From positions 124,001-188,000 of the forward strand of contig NW_020844755.1 of assembly GCF_003704095.1 (NCBI RefSeq): 64,000 nucleotides of DNA, read 5' to 3'. This DNA is from Pocillopora damicornis. Taxonomy: Eukaryota. Under the pieces are notes generated by a model. That model was not told where the DNA came from. It ran no database searches and was given only the letters and a program-made list of their open reading frames with translations. A program made the position numbers and the translations under genes. Shown one piece after another: positions 59,701 through 64,000 of this stretch (within the stretch, counting starts at the first letter, position 1; each line of letters starts with the position of its first letter).

Positions 59701-62029
59701 CTCCAATGTTGCCGCCGAAGCCGCCTCGAGCATTAAAGCAGCCTCCATAGTTTTTATCGTCAAATTTCCTTTATCTTGTACCTCCAGGCTGTCCGGTATC
59801 TTCCTTCGTGGTTTAAACACTGTAAAGGTAGATGAAGTCAAATATGGAAACTTGTTTCGTTAACATTGCTTAACTTCTCTTTCAGCTTTTTTCCTAAGAA
59901 GTGGTTGTCTAACTTGATTTCGTTGTTGAAAAACCTTTAACTTCTCAAAACTTTAACATTAACATACCTAACCACTCAAAGCTACACAGGTTACCACTTG
60001 AAGAAAGGCAGTTTTTTTGCAGATTTTCAAAAAGGGAGCTGTGGCCTGTTTCTATGAATTTAAGTTAACTACTGGTCCCGGCTGATTTTCTTGTTTACAT
60101 TTATGATCGAGCTGTTGATGGCCTTGACAGTATAACAGTAAAGATACCAGGAAATGAGAGTCTTTGCTGGCCTTGGAGATAAAACTGGCACTATCATTAC
60201 TTGAATTAATATTTTGTTTTAAAAAATAGGTTATCGTCTCTTGGATTCTTACAAAGTGTAAAGGAATGTTAATAGATACCATACAGTGTAATACCTTTCC
60301 TCATATCATGCGGATCAAATTCAACTGGAAGAGACCTCTTGTAAATCAAATGAGGTGTCTTAACTTCACTCGACGCAGCCCGCTTTGCAAGATGGGTCGG
60401 TAACGGGTGAATGAATAAGGTATCGCTGGCTAGTTTCAGCATACCAGTCTAAAATAAGAATGGAATGGAAATTAGAACAAACGGTCTAAACGCAGCCCAA
60501 CAAAGACACATAAAACATGGCATTTTCTGTCAATAAGTAGCCCAACTGAGTTGACCAATTTCACTTTTCCTCTAGGTTCCATTATATATCAGATAAATGT
60601 CTTCTGATATTATCGTCATATTCCCTGTGTAACTGCATAATCATCAAATGAATTTTTTTTAAAAACAAGTTTCATTTATGCGTATCGTATAAAGATCTAA
60701 CTATAGAAATGGCTCGTTGTTTCTGCTAGGGTTCAACTGATTAAGTTACTAAGCTCCATTTGCACATGGATAATATTTGAAATCCTACCCGTTAAACTTT
60801 TTCTTTCTATTTTGTCGCCAGCTATCGAGCTTATCTAGTACACTTCTGTTTCGAAAACTGAGACAAACATTTTACATTAATTTACCAGCCCTCCGTTGTC
60901 ACTAACAGCCACCATTGAATCGGGATCGGACATCACGTTACCAAGGTAGTAATTGTTTGGGGGTGGGGGAGAGTATGATATCGTGCCATCAGCGTATATC
61001 GTCTCCGCAACGAGGTCAGGAGACATCAGCTTTTTGTTCAATGTTAAGTTCAAGTGCAATTCCCGCCCAAATGCCTTGACTTTGTAAAATATGTTTTCAC
61101 GTGATTCCTCTGCCCGCCGTTGACGCCGTTTGAAATTTTCGTTGAGTTGATAAGGGGTGGTTACATCGTACTCGGGAACTACAGCGAAAGAGAAATATAA
61201 TAGGTAGCTTCAGTTGAACAGTTACAAGTGTAAAACCACCTTTTCCCTGCTCTTAAAAAGTGGACAGTTATGGAAACTTTGAATAACATATAAAAGATGC
61301 CATTACCAATAGTAACCAATCAACGGAAGCAGTAGGATATGGTCTTCAGTTTTATGGATGTTTATCAAATACCTAAATACTACGAACGCCCTGATTAGTC
61401 AGAAAACCTATCCTTCCCTTGTGCCGTTAAACCTCATAAAAATTGAGGTTCATTTGATAAAAGCAATAGACCACACTTTCTATTGGATGACTGGCCTAAT
61501 AACCCCCTCAACTAGATGAACTCTAGAAAAGTTGATAAATTCTACGCCTCCAGCTTGAGAAATTTTCTCAAGTTCGTCCATCATCCCACTTAGGTTATTG
61601 GTAAATGATGAAAATGTTTTCTATTGCTTAAGTTACCTTCTGAATGATTATCAACACCGAAAAAGTACTTCAGATCATTTTCTGTCATATGATGGTGAAG
61701 CGTCTGCGGTGAGAACAGTTATTAAAAAATAAAAATAACATATGAACAAAACTATCACAAAAACATGGGTATATAGATATCATCCGTCTGACACCTTCAA
61801 CATGCGAATGAGATCAACTATAAAACTAATGATTCATCGACTTACATTTCGGTGCGTCGTTCGTGCAAAAGCTGTTGATCGAAAAGAAATCAAATTGACC
61901 ATTTACATTAATACTTTGTAACGGAAAAAGTGAGATCTGTGATCATTAGAGCCTCAACAGTGTCTTACCTCCGGAGAGAAACACAATCATAAGAACTGGA
62001 AACGCCAACAGCGGATGATACCAGCCCAT
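35786..62029 (-). CDS. ADAMTS-type secreted zinc metalloprotease with a C-terminal EGF / WSC-like repeat array (~2,300 aa if the gap-hidden exons match their sister repeats)
   Basis: Signal peptide 61969-62029, 61846-61871. Prodomain 61637-61703, 60886-61178 ([10 protein letters not shown]), 60295-60448 (HLIYKRS). Catalytic domain 59653-59819, 59057-59140, 58720-58829, 58339-58358, 57518-57623, 56562-56693 (HETGHNMGVDHD, Met-turn YIMS). Disintegrin-like 55343-55598, 54785-54880. TSP1 54099-54238, 53695-53761. Cys-rich 53183-53267, 52743-52864, 52138-52261. Spacer 51943-52032, 51544-51704. Three TSP1 in 51131-51266, 50445-50571, 49643-49862, 49178-49340. Seven EGF exons 48604-48723, 48010-48141, 47341-47463, 46956-47078, 45879-46001, 45091-45213, 44363-44485. 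Repeat units 42506-42793, 41680-42102, 41444-41566, 40847-41131, 40044-40466, (gap), 39186-39479, 38607-38740 (partial), 38372-38494, 37447-37734, 36709-37012. Last exon 35786-35792 (K-M-stop). A probable non-coding exon ends at 62500. Confidence 0.85.
38741..38840. other. Assembly gap (100 N) hiding most of the third B-domain exon
   Basis: N run; the flanking sequence matches the 3' part of the sister exons. Confidence 0.95.
39608..40034. other. Assembly gap (427 N), probably hiding one 123-nt EGF exon
   Basis: N run at the position where the other repeat units have their second EGF exon. Confidence 0.9.
43539..43580 (+). ncRNA. Type I hammerhead-like motif of a second family (GAAG variant)
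   Basis: tccc-CTGATGA-G-GGCTG(gagtttct)TAGCC-GAAG-CG-TT-ggga. Stem I is TCCC/GGGA (4 bp) and stem II is 5 bp; A15.1 is replaced by G. Confidence 0.5.
44555..44755. mobile_element. Degenerate copy of the Penelope-like palindromic element
   Basis: ttgtggtgctg..tcaactgacttgataa..gctaacgtttcgagcgttagccttacggcagagcgaat. The hammerhead core on the minus strand is mutated to CTGCCGT. Confidence 0.5.
46128..46605 (+). mobile_element. Internally deleted non-LTR retrotransposon (CR1/L2-like): RT fragment plus 3' end
   Basis: 46128-46346 reads [60 protein letters not shown], typical of the LINE RT N-terminal region. It is followed by a 14-bp hairpin (46496-46538), AATAAA and a (TATTG)n tail. Confidence 0.8.
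52589..52688. other. Assembly gap (100 N), intronic
   Basis: The flanking exons join in phase (GASCK|AAGCD), so no missing exon is required. Confidence 0.9.
57945..58190. mobile_element. Palindromic Penelope-like element with ~75-bp inverted arms
   Basis: Left arm gtattatcaaatgagttgataacataaactggccaccgtaaagagtttcaaagctgacgtttcgagcgt pairs with right arm acgctcgaaacgtcagctttgaaactctttacggtggccagtttgcgttatcaactcaggtgataatac. The head is reverse-complemented at 58140-58190. Confidence 0.7.
58042..58076 (+). ncRNA. Minimal type I hammerhead ribozyme motif
   Basis: CTGACGA (58045-58051), AAGGCTAACGCTC, GAAA (58065-58068), CG, TC, AGCT. The palindromic ACGT stem III is typical of dimer-forming Penelope hammerheads. 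Confidence 0.6.
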
Positions 62030-64000
62030 CCTAAAACAATAGCAGCGGCGATAATAAGACGAGTAGATTGTTTAACTTAAAATGAGCATCCCTTGGATTA
62101 AAAAGAATGAGGCTAAGAAGGCAAACAAGACATAAAAGTGAACACCACTCTAGAGGATTAATTAAAAGAGGGATTGTGCATCAAAGTAGATTATTATTAG
62201 AAGATATTACTTTTTGATAAGGATAATCCATGGCCCTCTCTGGTTATGCCCGAAAGGAAACTGCTAGACTACCAGTGAGTGGAACAAAAACCAACAGGGA
62301 TTTTCAGACCGACAAGTCGGCCCCTCCCCACAAACTGACTGCTTGGAAAAAGCGAAATAGCGTAGATTTTCGCTACTCCTCACAAACAAGCTATTGAAAT
62401 CAAGAGTTCAGAAGAATTTCGAGAGTATGGCGTGCCAAAATAACCATTTGTGAGTGTCCTGCCATTTCAAAAAAAGCTGAAGCAACAAGCCATACTCACC
62501 TTTAACGGCTAAAATCCCTTAATAGTTTGATTCCTCAAGGTGTCTTCTTACGACGCATTTGCAGCTCTTGCGTTTGATGACTATCAAATATACACTTTTT
62601 ATTTACACTCTCAAAATGGGTCTATTACTGATAAATTTCCAAAAAAATCACGATATAATTACTATAACAATGGAAACAATTGCATAAGAAACAATGGAAC
62701 GACCAGAGGTAACATAAAAGCTAGGAAGTTAAGAGATCTCTAAACAAAACAAAGAAGATCTATTGATAAAAAATATACAGTTACATCCCAAATACGGTTA
62801 TTGGTTTATCTTGAAACGCTAAGTGGTATATTATTTACTATTAAGTTATCATTAAAGAAACTCTACTTGCTAAAAATGAACTACAGAATTGCAAAAAAAA
62901 AAAACGCTTAAGAGACGATTTCTTCTATTATGTTATAGTTTAAAGTTTGGTAAGTATAACCTTAAATCATACTGAAACTGAAGTTATTCATAGTAATCGC
63001 TCCTGTCAATTCGGAGAATGATGTCTAATTAAGCTACAGATCACCTAATTACAGCTGAATGCTTTCTAATGATGAATAATGTTTTATTGAAGCGGATATT
63101 GTGTTATAACAGGACAGATACCTGATATGGGAAAATATTGCCTAGTTACGGATAATGTGTTCAGTAAAGTGAAATACTGATCAGCACGATATGTCTAGAC
63201 TGTTACCTGAATGAAAAAAAAGTATTTTCATAGTCTCATTGAATGAAAGAAATATAGGAATTCCGACTGTTTTTACAAGATCTTATCAGTTCTTGGCGAA
63301 GGCGAGATACCACAATCTGTATTAGCCATTCACGATCGTAGTTGTCATGGATACTGTGTCGGCTTATTGTCAGCAAGTAATTAATAAAAAGCAGGTTTTA
63401 CTTAACAACTTTCTTAATATTGATTTGAACTTTTTTTTTATTTGAAAAAAAAAAGACTTTTGCATCTTGGAAGATGCCCTAATATCTCATGGATTTCGAT
63501 AAAACTTTGGCATTGAAAGAAATAAGTGCTTCGAAATAAATTTTGAAATGAAGTTGATTGATTTGAATTCATGATCTGTCATAAAATTATACGTCACGAT
63601 CGCTTGGGGATGAGTATTCCAACATCTCTTGCATAGACTGAAAGATGGCGTTTTAGTGCTCCGCGTACTTAAAAGAAGAAATAAAATTTTTGTGCGCCCT
63701 AATTTTTCATAGCCTCATTTTTGTGATAGATTATCTCAGACAAAAAAATTACAAAAAATGCAACAATTTGCATTAAAACTTCTCTTGAAATCTTTAATGA
63801 AAAGACTTCCAATATAGCACCAGTATGAGAAAATATTAATTACCACAGAACTTTTTATAATAACGTACTCTTAGAGGAATATATGACATGTGTGAAACGT
63901 TTTCCACTTAAAAAGTCATCTACAGGGGAAAGTATTGCCCCTGTAAGAATATGCTATGTGTTTTGGGTGATTCTGAGAGAAAACAGTTTTGAATCGGAAT

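Overview
AT-rich, intron-rich animal genomic DNA. The repeat families suggest a stony coral or other cnidarian (inference). There are three assembly gaps (38741-38840, 39608-40034, 52589-52688). Five spliced protein-coding genes were reconstructed by hand from splice sites and reading-frame phase: (1) RNF13/RNF167-like PA-TM-RING ligase (minus strand, runs off the left edge); (2) NME7 (minus, 15 exons, 380 aa); (3) a homocysteine S-methyltransferase-family enzyme (plus, 12 exons, 312 aa), head-to-head with NME7; (4) ACSL3/4-like long-chain acyl-CoA synthetase (minus, 13 exons, 714 aa); (5) a roughly 2,300-aa ADAMTS-type metalloprotease (minus, about 43 exons). The protease has an intact HETGHNMGVDHD zinc site, but its C-terminal half is an unusual exon-shuffled array of Notch-like EGF repeats and paired four-cysteine WSC-like domains. 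That protein is the most striking feature of the window. Introns carry TTAA-flanked piggyBac-like MITEs (one nested cluster), palindromic Penelope-like elements with minimal type I hammerhead ribozyme motifs, LINE remnants and tRNA-derived SINE-like relics. All family assignments come from recalled motifs, not database searches.
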